64,000 nucleotides of DNA from a candidate division FCPU426 bacterium. Its GTDB lineage: Bacteria; Oederibacteriota; Muellerivitia; Muellerivitales; Muellerivitaceae. The DNA is taken from positions 192,001 to 256,000 of the forward strand of contig CAWHOE010000006.1 of assembly GCA_963830915.1 (NCBI GenBank). Reading direction: 5' to 3'. Positions within the stretch are counted from its first letter, which is position 1, and every line of letters begins with the position of its first letter. The position numbers and the translations under genes are program-made. The notes beneath the pieces were generated by a model. That model saw only the letters and a list, made by a program, of their open reading frames with translations. It was not told the origin of the DNA and did not search any database. Of this stretch, positions 30,360-41,028 are shown piece by piece.

Positions 30360-33300
30360 TCAATTGGAATTACTAAAAGAATCATTTTGATCCGACGTCG
30401 GTGTTTCTTGCTCCGGAGCGGTATCCGTCTTTTTCATGGCGGCTCCAGGAGGAAGCCCTTTGATATAAGCGAAATCAAAGGCTCTCATAGAATCACCTGG
30501 TTTTTCCAACATCACAGCGGCCATATACCGATTATCCCTCTCGGGGTGAGGCTCCCGCGGCATATTAATAAAGAGACTCTTGACCCTGACCATATTCCCA
30601 GCGGGTACGTCAAAGGGCCCCACGGTGGCCAATTCATGGAAAAAGTTCTTGGAAGTATCCAATTGGTGCAACATGACCCCCTTTAAGTCTTCCGGAGAAT
30701 GGTTTCGGATCTCGACATTCAATGGGACTGGTACTCCCACCGGCGCTTCGGTGGGAGCCCAAAGATTCACATCCACAGGCGATAGACCTTCCGCCTGCTG
30801 GAGGACAGAGAATGCCTTGCCGCCCGATATTGCCCATTCCATGCTCGAATAGGGTCCCCGGATCCCCCATACGATCCGATAAAGGTCATGCCAGAACATC
30901 CCCAGATTGGCGTTGACCGGGAACCAGTTCCGGAAAGTTTCAATCTCACGGTTGTACAACTCCTGTGGACCGGGGGGGTTCAAGTTCTTTTGGACCCAGT
31001 TGAAATCGACCATCTCGCCCATCGCGTACATGCCGTTATCCCTCGCCAAATACTCGGGCCATTGCTGTTTCATGGCATCGATATGCTCTCGGGTTCCCTC
31101 ATAAAGCATGATCTGGTTAAAGTTGACCCCGGCGTCAATGAACATGGCCGGATCTTGTCCATGTTGATGCCCCATCTGCCAACCTAAGGTAAATGTGAAG
31201 ACAGGTTTGGACATCTTGGCCTCATCCAATATGCTCTTCAAAGCCAGCGCCACCCGATGGGCCCTCCACCATTCGAAGAGAGACACAACCTGTTTATTTT
31301 CCTTCAACTCGACAGTGCGGGCCAGCCAATGGATCCGATCCTGTTTAGACATGCTCCAGAAATCAGTGGGGCCAGGCACATTCAGATCCTTGACGAACTG
31401 GTCCACCATTTCATAACCCGCGAACCCTGTACGAACATAATCCAGACCCACCATGTCCACCAGAGGATCTTTATCCATCATTTTCAAGAAATCGATGATG
31501 TCCGATCTGCGCTTCTTGTCCTCCAGGGAGATAAAACGAGTTTGAATGACCTCATCCGTGTCAGGATCGTACCCCATCGAGAATTCATAAGGAGCCTGCT
31601 GCCACCCGTCCCCCATGACCTTGAAGGTCGTCATATAACTAGCGAACTTCATGCCCGCGTCGTGGGCTTCCTGCGCGTAACGGCGGCCCGCTTCCAAATC
31701 CATTTGGTTATAAGGAAAATCCCTCGATTGCAGATGGTCCCAGATAGAGGTTTGGCCCATCAGATCACAAAAAATATTGGCCCCCATGAATTTGGCCCAT
31801 TGGATAGCGTTCGCGGTATTGGAGGAGTTGCTTCCATCCAAGGCAGGCACCCCCCCATTGACCAATTGCTTCCCTCCTTCCATAGTTAAAGCGGCATACC
31901 CGGGATATAGGCCTTGGGGCTTCAATGGGGGAATAGTGAAAGCGGACTCGAAGGTCTTCGGACTCTTCCAGCCGGAGGAAGAAATGATCACTTCCGCTAT
32001 ATAGGTCCCGGGCTTGGGGTTGTAAGGAATGGGCCAATTCCCAAGCAACCGCTTGCCGGCCATATCCTTTTTCAAGTAAAGCTTGACCCTTCCATCCACC
32101 ATAGAGACTGGTTCTCCATCTCGGTAAACCTCCACCATGGCGTGCATATCAGAAAAGGAGGACTCATCGTGGGGATTGACCCTTACTTCAAAAGGAACCA
32201 TTTCGTATCTCAAAAAATTTCTGGTCGGCATAACAGCGATCACATCAGGGATCATCTGTGAAACCGTCGGGATCAACATGGTGGTATTGGCGGAAGATGA
32301 GGATAAAGTCGCTTTTGCCCAATAAGCTCCTCCTCCGAGCAAAAACACCACAATAAGTGCCCAACGAAACTTGTTGGAATTGAAAAGAACAGGCATAATC
32401 CATTTTTTTGAAATGCGTGGGGCTGGGGCTTCCAGTTCGATCGGTAGGGAGGACCTAAGAATGGTTTCCGCAGTAACCGGCGGAGGAAGAGCCATAGGCA
32501 ACACGGGTTCAACGAAAGATGTGTGTTTTTCCTCGGATATTTTCTCTGTTTTCTGAGTTTCCGCCAAAGGCAAGGGCAGGGTTGTTTCAGATTTTTCGAC
32601 CTGTTTTTGTTTAACTTCCAACGGCTCAACCGGGGCCTTTTGTTTTATCTCATTTAATATTTCCGTTTTCAGGATTTCGGATTTTGGCAACGGTTGGTCT
32701 AGCTCGATAGTTCCCTTTGACTTTTGTTCCTCTTCACTTGGCTCGATGCCCACAAAAAGACGGGGTCTTTCCCGTTCTTCCTCTTCCAAAACATCCATTG
32801 CTATTTTAGTTTCGAAATATTCATCCAGAACCGATGAGGCTATTGGCTCAATGGGTTCCACTTCCCTCTGGGGTTGGATTGGGGGTTCGATTGGCTCCGT
32901 TTTTCTGCGGGTAGGGAGCTTAAAACCTCGGATGATCTTGACCACCCCGAGCGAGCGATTTCCTGCCCACTTACCCGCGACAGCTGCTTTCCTTACTAAA
33001 AATCCCAGAGAAAACCCGATTCCTCGTGTCGCCGACGATCCAATCGTCTTGGATCCCATTACCGTCTTTTTGACCATTGGTCCCAACCGGTCTTTGGCCT
33101 GGAAGATCAGTTTTTTTCCGTTTTCCACTATCGTCCCCAACACACGGGAAGCCCCCTCCCGGAATGCCATCAACTTGGAGGAAATATTCAACGAAAGAGG
33201 AACGGGAGGCTTGGGAAGTCGGAAAGGCTCCGGTTTTTTCTCCCCAGTTCCTAACAAAAGGTCCTGAGGCATTGGCGCGGTTCGGGTGAGCTTCACCACA

Positions 33301-34712
33301 GTCTCCACATGGTAAGTCTGAGGGAACATATCCAAAGGCTGGGCCCAATCCACCATGTAGCCATGCTTGGTCAATAGGGAAAGATCCCGAGCCAACGTGG
33401 AAGGATCGCAGGAAACATAAACCAACCGCTCCGGATGGAACGCGGTTACCCGGGCCAAAACTTCAGGTAATACCCCTTTTCGGGGCGGGTCCAATATGAC
33501 TCCATCGACCCGAGTTAGTCCCTTTTCCTTCAACCCGATCAATACCTGGGAAACATCCCCTTCCAGAAAGTCGATATTCTCTTTATTGTTCAAACCTATA
33601 TTGACTTTAGCGTCCTCGACCGCTGCTCCCACTTCTTCGATACCCACGACATAATCGGCTTGATCGGAAACCGCCATGGCCAATGTTCCTATGCCGGAAT
33701 AAAGATCGAGCAGTGTCTCCCATTTTTTCTTACCCTCAGGTTCTCCTAAGGCTTCCCGAACCACCGCGTGAAGGATATCGGCTTGTAACGTGTTCACTTG
33801 GAGAAACGATTTCAGCGATACCTTGAGTTTCAAACCGTCCAGGATTTCGAAATAGTGATCTCGACCGGCTAAAAGGTGTGTGGTGGATCCGAAAACGATA
33901 TTCGTCCTGGAGGGGTTGATATTTTGAACGACCCCCACCAATCCAGGTATCTCCTGCATGAGTTCCTGGGCAAGCCGAGGAAGTATCTCGTTGAGAGGTT
34001 CGTGAGTTTGAGTGGGTTTCTGAACACGTTCCTCGGGCACCTCTGTGCGTGTCACAAAGGAAAGGATCAACTCACCCGTTTTAACTCCATGTCGCACGGC
34101 CAGATGTCTCAGGAATCCTGTGTGCTTTTTTTCTTGGTAGGGAGTCAACCCGGAACGGTCGATCTTTTGGAGGACTTTCTGGATCAAATCATTGATCGGG
34201 TCGCCCTGTATGGGACAGCTTTGATAGGGGATCAGATGGTGAGAGCGGGGTTCATATATACCGGAAATGAAGTGACCTTCCCTCATGGACAAAACCGGCA
34301 TAGCCTTGTTGCGGTAGCCATAGGGCACGGGAGAAGGCAAACAGGGCTGTACGGTCAAATCGGGCAAGTGGCCGATCCGTTGGAACGCGTCCAGCACGAA
34401 TTGGCGTTTGGTCTGGAGTTGACGGGGATATTGAATATGCTGCCATTGGCACCCGCCACATTCCTCGAAAATAGGACAGGGAGGCGCCACGCGATCCGCC
34501 GAACGTTTTAATAAATTGGTGATTTCGCCGATGGCGTAATGGTCCTTCACCTGGGTGATCTTGATGGTCACCCTTTCGCCGGGCAAACCCCCCGGAACAA
34601 AAATGGCGAAATCCTGATAACGTCCGACCGATTCCCCGCCGAAAGCCAGGGAAGAAATCTCGATCTCGATGACATCTCCGGTATGGACAGGTTTTATGAC
34701 TTTTGTGCTCAT
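30360..34712 (-). CDS. rlmD: Fusion: 23S rRNA m5U methyltransferase RlmD (aa ~1-476) + linker + TM helix + putative glycoside-hydrolase-like extracytoplasmic domain
   Basis: TRAM domain; CPIFEECGGCQWQH Fe-S motif; DLYSGIG; DPPRKG; YVSCDP; DMFPQTYHVE. Then WALIVVFLLGGGAYW TM and a GLDYVR motif. The ORF is continuous. Confidence 0.85.
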   Translation of the reverse strand: MSTKVIKPVHTGDVIEIEISSLAFGGESVGRYQDFAIFVPGGLPGERVTIKITQVKDHYAIGEITNLLKRSADRVAPPCPIFEECGGCQWQHIQYPRQLQTKRQFVLDAFQRIGHLPDLTVQPCLPSPVPYGYRNKAMPVLSMREGHFISGIYEPRSHHLIPYQSCPIQGDPINDLIQKVLQKIDRSGLTPYQEKKHTGFLRHLAVRHGVKTGELILSFVTRTEVPEERVQKPTQTHEPLNEILPRLAQELMQEIPGLVGVVQNINPSRTNIVFGSTTHLLAGRDHYFEILDGLKLKVSLKSFLQVNTLQADILHAVVREALGEPEGKKKWETLLDLYSGIGTLAMAVSDQADYVVGIEEVGAAVEDAKVNIGLNNKENIDFLEGDVSQVLIGLKEKGLTRVDGVILDPPRKGVLPEVLARVTAFHPERLVYVSCDPSTLARDLSLLTKHGYMVDWAQPLDMFPQTYHVETVVKLTRTAPMPQDLLLGTGEKKPEPFRLPKPPVPLSLNISSKLMAFREGASRVLGTIVENGKKLIFQAKDRLGPMVKKTVMGSKTIGSSATRGIGFSLGFLVRKAAVAGKWAGNRSLGVVKIIRGFKLPTRRKTEPIEPPIQPQREVEPIEPIASSVLDEYFETKIAMDVLEEEERERPRLFVGIEPSEEEQKSKGTIELDQPLPKSEILKTEILNEIKQKAPVEPLEVKQKQVEKSETTLPLPLAETQKTEKISEEKHTSFVEPVLPMALPPPVTAETILRSSLPIELEAPAPRISKKWIMPVLFNSNKFRWALIVVFLLGGGAYWAKATLSSSSANTTMLIPTVSQMIPDVIAVMPTRNFLRYEMVPFEVRVNPHDESSFSDMHAMVEVYRDGEPVSMVDGRVKLYLKKDMAGKRLLGNWPIPYNPKPGTYIAEVIISSSGWKSPKTFESAFTIPPLKPQGLYPGYAALTMEGGKQLVNGGVPALDGSNSSNTANAIQWAKFMGANIFCDLMGQTSIWDHLQSRDFPYNQMDLEAGRRYAQEAHDAGMKFASYMTTFKVMGDGWQQAPYEFSMGYDPDTDEVIQTRFISLEDKKRRSDIIDFLKMMDKDPLVDMVGLDYVRTGFAGYEMVDQFVKDLNVPGPTDFWSMSKQDRIHWLARTVELKENKQVVSLFEWWRAHRVALALKSILDEAKMSKPVFTFTLGWQMGHQHGQDPAMFIDAGVNFNQIMLYEGTREHIDAMKQQWPEYLARDNGMYAMGEMVDFNWVQKNLNPPGPQELYNREIETFRNWFPVNANLGMFWHDLYRIVWGIRGPYSSMEWAISGGKAFSVLQQAEGLSPVDVNLWAPTEAPVGVPVPLNVEIRNHSPEDLKGVMLHQLDTSKNFFHELATVGPFDVPAGNMVRVKSLFINMPREPHPERDNRYMAAVMLEKPGDSMRAFDFAYIKGLPPGAAMKKTDTAPEQETPTSDQNDSFSNSN

Positions 34713-34976
34713 TCAAACCTTTGAAGTGGGTTTTCCTGATTGGAAAGCCGACTTGGACTTTGAACTTTGAAACAACTATTAATTGATTATTGAACCGGTT
34801 GGTGAGGCGCGAAAATCTTCCGAGATTCAACGCTAGAATGAATCCGACTCTTTTCCGGAACATCCACCCGACTACCAAGCCCTTAACACATTGGACATTT
34901 TAACGATATTTTAAGGCGGGGCAACCAGCATTGACGTGTGTTATACTTTTGTTCTGCTCGATCGTCCCAATAAATC

Positions 34977-36458
34977 TTGTTCACAAGACCAATCGGGAGC
35001 GCTTTTATCAAGTACCTCCATTGCTTTCTCCTTATTCTAATCGTTTATCCCACAATAACCCTGGGTTCCGAGATCAGGGTCGACTCGACCGGAGGATTGA
35101 CCACCATCCTGACCGATGAAACGGCCAACTTGGACCTCTTTATGGACGGCAACCCCGCCGGACTCATCCTATTGGATACCCATGACCGATTGGATTTAGC
35201 CTGCCAATGGGATTATTCCAACGCCCAACCAGTCACCACAGGTTCGACCCAGAAGACCTTCAGTACCTTGCCCCGCGTATCCGACAACGATAATATTCAT
35301 TATGAGGGTTGGATCGCATTTCCCAAACCCCATTGGGCGTTCCAAATCGCTGAAGATTTTAATTATTCCCAGGGACAACCCTACCGGTTCTCCGATAGTT
35401 CCACTTCCCAACAATACCGAAGCCTTCTCCGTACCGCTTATGATCTTGGTCCCTTCTGCGTGGGATTGGATATCACGAATATCGAACAGGACGCTACCTA
35501 CGACCCTGGTTTATTTGACAACAACGTGGGCATTCGGTCCGGCAACAGCGGTCAAAATCAAACACTCCTCAAGATGGGAGTCATCGCCACTTTTCCCGAG
35601 AATCCTCCCGCCGATGCCCCGCGTTGGCGGATCGGGGGCGTTTGGGCCAGCCAGGTGGGCGGCAACGCCCAGAACCTGAATGCCCAGCTATATTATCTTG
35701 GTTCCAATCCTTTTTCCGTGGGACAGGTCACGACCTATACGAACGATCAGATCTTTGGGTCGGAGATCCTCTATGAAATACCCCACCGCTTGATGGTGCG
35801 GATCACCTGCATGGTGAACGACACAAGCGCCGATTTCGCCCAAACCGTTTCTCAGTCCTCTGTTTCCTTCGTCCAGATGGGCGCCTTCCCCTATACCAAC
35901 GATCGATCCGTAAGCTTGACCGGAGCCTTTCGATCCACCTTTCCCCTTTCCGGTCAGGAAAACTTAAAACTGGGTGGCAGCCTTTCGGGCTATTTCTATA
36001 GCGAGGATTTATTGAACGAAAATCAGTCCGTTTATGACAACCAAAATAAACAGTGGATCGGTTCCTCGTTTGGGGTCGGGCTAGAAGCCATACACGATTA
36101 CGCCTTCGGACTTCAATTCAAATCTCAAACCTATTTAGTGGACAAATCGGCCGCCACACAGACCACTACCCCCACCCTTAACGATTACAACTATTACCAA
36201 TTGGCTTTAGGTGGGGAAAAATGGCTCTCCGACACCTTCGCCTATCGGATGGGTTTAACCGCTGAGGAGGATGTATTCCGTAGTGGTCCGACAGCCCAAT
36301 CCTTGAACACCAGCATCGATACAGGGTTAGGGATCGAGGAAGTCAAATGGGCCGCGGATTTTAAATTCATGGCCGGACAGATCATTGACGTGAACAACTC
36401 TACCAACACGACCGGATATATCGGGGCGGAACTTTCAGGTACGGTTTTCTTACAGTAA
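34977..36458 (+). CDS. Putative outer-membrane beta-barrel protein
   Basis: Signal peptide; early GNPAGL motif typical of FadL/PorV-like barrels; amphipathic strands; C-terminal LSGTVFLQ. Confidence 0.55.
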   Translation: MFTRPIGSAFIKYLHCFLLILIVYPTITLGSEIRVDSTGGLTTILTDETANLDLFMDGNPAGLILLDTHDRLDLACQWDYSNAQPVTTGSTQKTFSTLPRVSDNDNIHYEGWIAFPKPHWAFQIAEDFNYSQGQPYRFSDSSTSQQYRSLLRTAYDLGPFCVGLDITNIEQDATYDPGLFDNNVGIRSGNSGQNQTLLKMGVIATFPENPPADAPRWRIGGVWASQVGGNAQNLNAQLYYLGSNPFSVGQVTTYTNDQIFGSEILYEIPHRLMVRITCMVNDTSADFAQTVSQSSVSFVQMGAFPYTNDRSVSLTGAFRSTFPLSGQENLKLGGSLSGYFYSEDLLNENQSVYDNQNKQWIGSSFGVGLEAIHDYAFGLQFKSQTYLVDKSAATQTTTPTLNDYNYYQLALGGEKWLSDTFAYRMGLTAEEDVFRSGPTAQSLNTSIDTGLGIEEVKWAADFKFMAGQIIDVNNSTNTTGYIGAELSGTVFLQ

Positions 36459-36542
36459 AACAGGCCCCGCTAAAAACAGACTTATCCCAAGAATGGAATA
36501 AATCTTTCATTTATCTTTCAGAGGACAAAACCAGCGCGGGGA

Positions 36543-37193
36543 CTATTTTTTCTTGGCGGGAAGCGGGGCCAGATCGCCTTCGAGTCTTAGATAATCCATG
36601 AAAATCACCGGAGGCGTGGTTAAGCCTGCCGTATCCACCCAAAAGCTGAAGGAACGGATGGAAGTCAGGTCCAGACGGTTCTTGATCAGTTCATCGAAGG
36701 GCACATCGATATTGGTAACCTTCTTGGGGATCAATACCCCCGTGGCCTGATCATCCACAAAAGCCCTGCCGTCGGCGACTTGAATATGCCAAGTCAAGGG
36801 CTGATCCTGCGGGTTGAAAACGTCCACCATCAAGTTGCTGTATTCGGACCAATCATAGACATTCAATGGAGTCGGGGAGTTGGTATCCAGGGTAAGGGTG
36901 GGACGCCAGTTGTTCCCCGGTGTCGGCGTGGGGAAAAATTGGTTCTCCAAAAGGAATGTGGCTTTCATGGCTTTCTTCCCATGGGTCTGGTTGTCCGTGG
37001 TGCTTTCCACCTTGACGTATCCGCCCGTTCCCCAATCCAAGTCATAATTGGGGTGCTCAAAATCGTTGATGACCATCACTTTTTTTGTTTCTTTTTTATG
37101 CTTGAAACTGCGGGTGATGCCCAGACCCACCATCACGGCGTAAATCAAACCGATCACGACGAGGATACCGATGATCTGCCAGAATCGTTGCAT
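36543..37193 (-). CDS. Membrane-anchored carbohydrate-binding-module-like protein
   Basis: N-terminal TM helix; INDFE...DWSEYSNLMVDVFNP...IFMDYLRL jelly-roll pattern; immediately downstream of lacI. Confidence 0.55.
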   Translation of the reverse strand: MQRFWQIIGILVVIGLIYAVMVGLGITRSFKHKKETKKVMVINDFEHPNYDLDWGTGGYVKVESTTDNQTHGKKAMKATFLLENQFFPTPTPGNNWRPTLTLDTNSPTPLNVYDWSEYSNLMVDVFNPQDQPLTWHIQVADGRAFVDDQATGVLIPKKVTNIDVPFDELIKNRLDLTSIRSFSFWVDTAGLTTPPVIFMDYLRLEGDLAPLPAKKK

Positions 37194-37361
37194 GTAGTTT
37201 CCTATATAGAGGGTTTAACCCAAATGGCAAAGTGAAGGCATTGTATCAGCCCTGCGACAGTCCCGCAACTTCCTGCTATCTCCAACCTCATGTGTCCAAT
37301 CGCTTTGACAAAAGGCACGGCTTCACCGTGAAATCACGCCTTTTTATTCCTTTTCGCTTGG

Positions 37362-38393
37362 TTATATCTTGGAACCGGAAGATTGCCTAACGACGAGTTT
37401 GGTTGGCACCAACAATTGACGAGGTTTCCAATGCTCAGGCGCTTGGATCTTGCTTAAAAGTAGATTCGTGGCTTCCACACTGATGGTCTGATAGTCCTGT
37501 CGAATGGTCGTAATGGAATGGGGATGAGTGGAAACTTCTGGGATATCGTCGAAACCGACCAAGGCGATTTCTTTTCCAGGAGTGAGCTTGGCTTTTTCCA
37601 TGGCCTTCACCGCTCCCAGGGCCATTAAATCGTTGGAGGCGAAAACCGCTGTGGGTGGGTCCTTGAGTCCTAATAACTGGGTCATTCCTTTTTCTCCGGA
37701 TTCCATAAGGAAATCCCCTTCCACGATATAACCATCTGGGATATGGAATCCCTGCTTTTTCATGGCCAATTGATAGCCGGTCAAACGGTCCGAAGCGTTG
37801 CGCGAAGTTTTTTGCTGACCCGTGATGATGGCGATCTTCTTATGGCCGAGTGAAGCGAAATGCTCCACGACCAAGGATGCGGCATGGATATTATCGCTGT
37901 CGACGAAGTCAATGCGAGGGTCGTTCGTGCGGTAGCCTATCAAGACGACCGGTACCCGGTTATCCATCATCTCCGCCACTTCCTTCTCGGCAAGATAAGG
38001 GGATACCATCAGGATGCCATCCACAGCGTTATGAAAGACCCTGCGGTAGACTTCCTGGGGATCGAACACGCCGGCGATGGTGTTGATCAAAAGTCCGTAT
38101 TGGTTCTCGTGGACCACGTCATTGATACCGTTCAGTAGACCGACATACCAGGCGCTCGCAAGGTTGAACTGATAACCCGACCAGGAAAAAAAGACCTCAA
38201 TGACATTGGTCTGCTTGACGACCAAACCCCGGGCGATGGGATTCGGCTTGAAGTTCAGTTCGGCGATAGCCTTCAAGACCTTTTGCCGGGTCTCTTCCAA
38301 AACATTGGGATTGTTGTTCAGCACTCTTGAGACCGTGGAAATGGATACCCCGGCTTTTTGCGCAACATCATAAATAGTATTGACCGTCGCCAT
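37362..38393 (-). CDS. LacI-family transcriptional regulator
   Basis: TIYDVAQKAGVSISTVSRVLN HTH; FKPNPIARGL hinge; TAVFASNDLMALG; VGFDD. Confidence 0.95.
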   Translation of the reverse strand: MATVNTIYDVAQKAGVSISTVSRVLNNNPNVLEETRQKVLKAIAELNFKPNPIARGLVVKQTNVIEVFFSWSGYQFNLASAWYVGLLNGINDVVHENQYGLLINTIAGVFDPQEVYRRVFHNAVDGILMVSPYLAEKEVAEMMDNRVPVVLIGYRTNDPRIDFVDSDNIHAASLVVEHFASLGHKKIAIITGQQKTSRNASDRLTGYQLAMKKQGFHIPDGYIVEGDFLMESGEKGMTQLLGLKDPPTAVFASNDLMALGAVKAMEKAKLTPGKEIALVGFDDIPEVSTHPHSITTIRQDYQTISVEATNLLLSKIQAPEHWKPRQLLVPTKLVVRQSSGSKI

Positions 38394-38464
38394 GGTTTTT
38401 TCCTGTTCAACTGAAAGTGAAAATACTCTCAGTGTTTGGTTTTAAAAGGACATCTTGTAATTTT

Positions 38465-38549
38465 GCACGCTTTCATACGCTTTCATCCCAACCCGCAAAT
38501 CTGGCCTTAAGTATTGCCTGAATTAAAAGCGGGGTACAAAGCGCTTTCA
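38465..38549. promoter_or_regulatory. LacI-type operator and half-sites upstream of the lacI-family gene
   Basis: CAAAGCGCTTTCA at 38537-38549; tandem ACGCTTTCAT half-sites at 38467-38486. Confidence 0.6.
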
Positions 38550-38845
38550 CAAAGACTGAATAGACCTCAAAACTCCAACTCAACTTTGTCTTTTGTTTCC
38601 TCTGGGAAGAGAGAATAAAAGCGTCTTCGGTTGAGATTATACTCCCAGTTCCCTTGTATACAGGTAGTCCTTTTTCATTTTCAGGTTCGATCCTGAAAAA
38701 TTTTTTCCCTCCATTTAAAACCCTTAATTTAACGAGCCCCCAAAACACTCGGTCAACTTCCCTCTTCAGCAATGACTGTCTCCGTCATGGACGGGAGGGT
38801 CGCCCTGTTGTTAGAATCCACCGAATCCATGGGTAAAGGAAAAAC

Positions 38846-39664
38846 ATGAGCGTCTTCTTAAAGGCCGCCATCCAAGCCGCCAAAATAGCCGGGAAGATCC
38901 AAAAACAATTCTATGGGCGGACCATCGACATTCAATTCAAATCCAAGAACCACCTTAACCTGGTAACCGAAGTGGACAAGGCCTGTGAGAAACAAGTCAT
39001 GTCCTTCCTTCAGAAACGTTTCCCGGCCCATAACTTCTGGGGAGAAGAAGGAGGGCAACAAAAAAACAACTCCCATTACACCTGGTTGGTCGATCCCCTG
39101 GATGGCACCACCAACTACGCCCATGCTTATCCTTTCTTTTGTTGTTCCGTGGCTTTGGTCAGGAATATGAAACCATTGGTAGGGGTTGTTTATGACCCCA
39201 TGCGGGATGAGTGCTTCGCTGCTGAAAAGGGCCACGGCGCGACCTTGAACGGAAAGAAGCTAAGGGTTTCCCAAACCGATCGGTTGGCGGACAGCCTGCT
39301 CTGCACTGGGTTCGCTTATGCCGTCCGCGAGACCCATTACAATCTGGATAACTTCAAACAGTTCATCCTGAGATCCCAAGGGGTTCGGCGGGATGGTTCA
39401 GCGGCTCTTAACCTGTGTTATTTGGCGGCGGGAAGGTTTGAGGGTTTTTGGGAAAGGGGTATTCAGGCCTGGGATATGGCCGCCGGAGTCTTGATGATCC
39501 AGGAAGCCGGAGGCAAGGTAACGGATATCACAGGAAAACCTTTTGACCTGTTGGCCCAAAACGCGTTAGCCAGTAACGGGAAAGTACACCCCCTGATGTT
39601 TAATATCCTGAAGAACGGAAAAGATGAGAAACGGTGGGCCTCTAAGTTCGCGAAATTGTTCTAG
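38846..39664 (+). CDS. suhB: Inositol monophosphatase family protein
   Basis: LVTEVD, GEE, WLVDPLDGTTNYAH, RRDGSAAL, WDMAAG. Confidence 0.92.
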   Translation: MSVFLKAAIQAAKIAGKIQKQFYGRTIDIQFKSKNHLNLVTEVDKACEKQVMSFLQKRFPAHNFWGEEGGQQKNNSHYTWLVDPLDGTTNYAHAYPFFCCSVALVRNMKPLVGVVYDPMRDECFAAEKGHGATLNGKKLRVSQTDRLADSLLCTGFAYAVRETHYNLDNFKQFILRSQGVRRDGSAALNLCYLAAGRFEGFWERGIQAWDMAAGVLMIQEAGGKVTDITGKPFDLLAQNALASNGKVHPLMFNILKNGKDEKRWASKFAKLF

Positions 39665-39707
39665 AACTTTCCGGCTCTGATCGTGACCCTGTCAATCCGT
39701 GACCAAG

Positions 39708-40478
39708 TCAGCCTAGTAAAACAGAAGCTCCCATGCCGACCCCCAACTTCTGGGCGGCGTTCCCTCCATTGATGGAAATTTCCAAATGGCCGGCAGAACC
39801 TAAAAGAGCCACAACGGTCCCTCTTTTGACCTCGGCATAATGGGTCGCCAGGTTGAGGACCACGGTCTTGCCGATCCTCAGTCGGAAAGTTTCGGGTATG
39901 TGTTTTTTTTCAAGATTGGTGATCAAGTTTCCGAAACGGTCTACCCACAGGACCTCACCAATCCATCGGTTGGATGGCTTGAATGGTTTGGGTATCTCCC
40001 GCCAAACCCAATGGTTCATCTTCTTACCCACCTTAGCGAGAGGTGTTCCTTTTGCCAAATGGCCGGCGACCGGGGCGAAGATATCCCGCCCATGGAACGT
40101 TGAACTAAGATCGACGAGTTGGTATTTCCTTTCCGTAAGTTCCACCGCCCGATCGATTCCCCATTCCTTCAAAGCCGCGGAGAATAACCCGTTGTCCGGC
40201 CCGACGAAATAATGGCCCTTGGATTGGATCGCGATGGGTTTTCGGGTGCTTCCCACCCCCGGATCCACCACAGCCAGATGGACCGTACCTTTGGGGAAAT
40301 AATCAATGGAGCTTTTCAGCAGGAACGCTCCGGCCATGACAGCTTGGGGAGGAACTTCGTGGGTCAGGTCGACCAGTTGGGCCTCGGGACAAATAGAAAG
40401 AAGGACCCCTTTCATGATTCCCACAAAGGGGTCTCGGGAACCAAAATCAGTCAACAAGGTAACGATGGGACGATTCAT
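39708..40478 (-). CDS. SAM hydroxide adenosyltransferase (DUF62 family)
   Basis: LLTDFG, VVDPGVGSTR, GPDNG, STFHGRDIFAP, DRFGN. Confidence 0.9.
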   Translation of the reverse strand: MNRPIVTLLTDFGSRDPFVGIMKGVLLSICPEAQLVDLTHEVPPQAVMAGAFLLKSSIDYFPKGTVHLAVVDPGVGSTRKPIAIQSKGHYFVGPDNGLFSAALKEWGIDRAVELTERKYQLVDLSSTFHGRDIFAPVAGHLAKGTPLAKVGKKMNHWVWREIPKPFKPSNRWIGEVLWVDRFGNLITNLEKKHIPETFRLRIGKTVVLNLATHYAEVKRGTVVALLGSAGHLEISINGGNAAQKLGVGMGASVLLG

Positions 40479-40554
40479 AGATTGGGAACCTCATACGCAT
40501 TTAAAGATGATCTGTTGCGGATCCGGGGATCGATCGGGTAACTGAATTAAAGTC

Positions 40555-41013
40555 TTATTTCTTGCTGTCCCGCATGCGGATCTTTTCAGCCCATAGGTAT
40601 TTATCCAATCTCATCACATCCTGCCGATTGACCGCCAATATCTTGATACCGGCTCGGAAGGTCGACCCCATGGCTCCCGCGGCTTCCTGTTCCATCCTGA
40701 CCACCTCCGCCAGAAGGGTCAAGGGCACCGGGTAGGTTGGGAGATAGAGGTGGATCTGGAGGGCGGCATCGGCCGGAAATTCTTCCTGTCCGACCAACGC
40801 CATCCCTCCCATGGAAAGATCCCTGGTAACGGCATGAAGAACAGCTGATTTCTTGGAAAGATCGGGGAGACGGTCAGCCGTGGAATCCCGATAGGCGGGA
40901 TCGTTCAAGATAGCGACCAATTCCTCTTTGGGCACAACAATGAAAGTAACTTTGACGGAGGCGTCCACACGCTCGGACTGGCGTTTTTCCATCCAACCCG
41001 TTCGTAGCGTCAT
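40555..41013 (-). CDS. PilZ domain protein (c-di-GMP receptor)
   Basis: RQSER (RxxxR) and DLSMGG (DxSxxG) motifs. Confidence 0.85.
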   Translation of the reverse strand: MTLRTGWMEKRQSERVDASVKVTFIVVPKEELVAILNDPAYRDSTADRLPDLSKKSAVLHAVTRDLSMGGMALVGQEEFPADAALQIHLYLPTYPVPLTLLAEVVRMEQEAAGAMGSTFRAGIKILAVNRQDVMRLDKYLWAEKIRMRDSKK

Positions 41014-41028
41014 GCGAAACTCCCCGTT

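Noticed and set aside
38473..38772. 99-aa ORF upstream of lacI
   Set aside because: No recognisable motifs, and it overlaps the operator-containing divergent promoter region.
39708..40478. SAM-dependent chlorinase/fluorinase
   Set aside because: It has the Asp-Arg-His signature (VDPGVG..R, TFHGRD) of the common DUF62 hydrolases and no biosynthetic cluster context.
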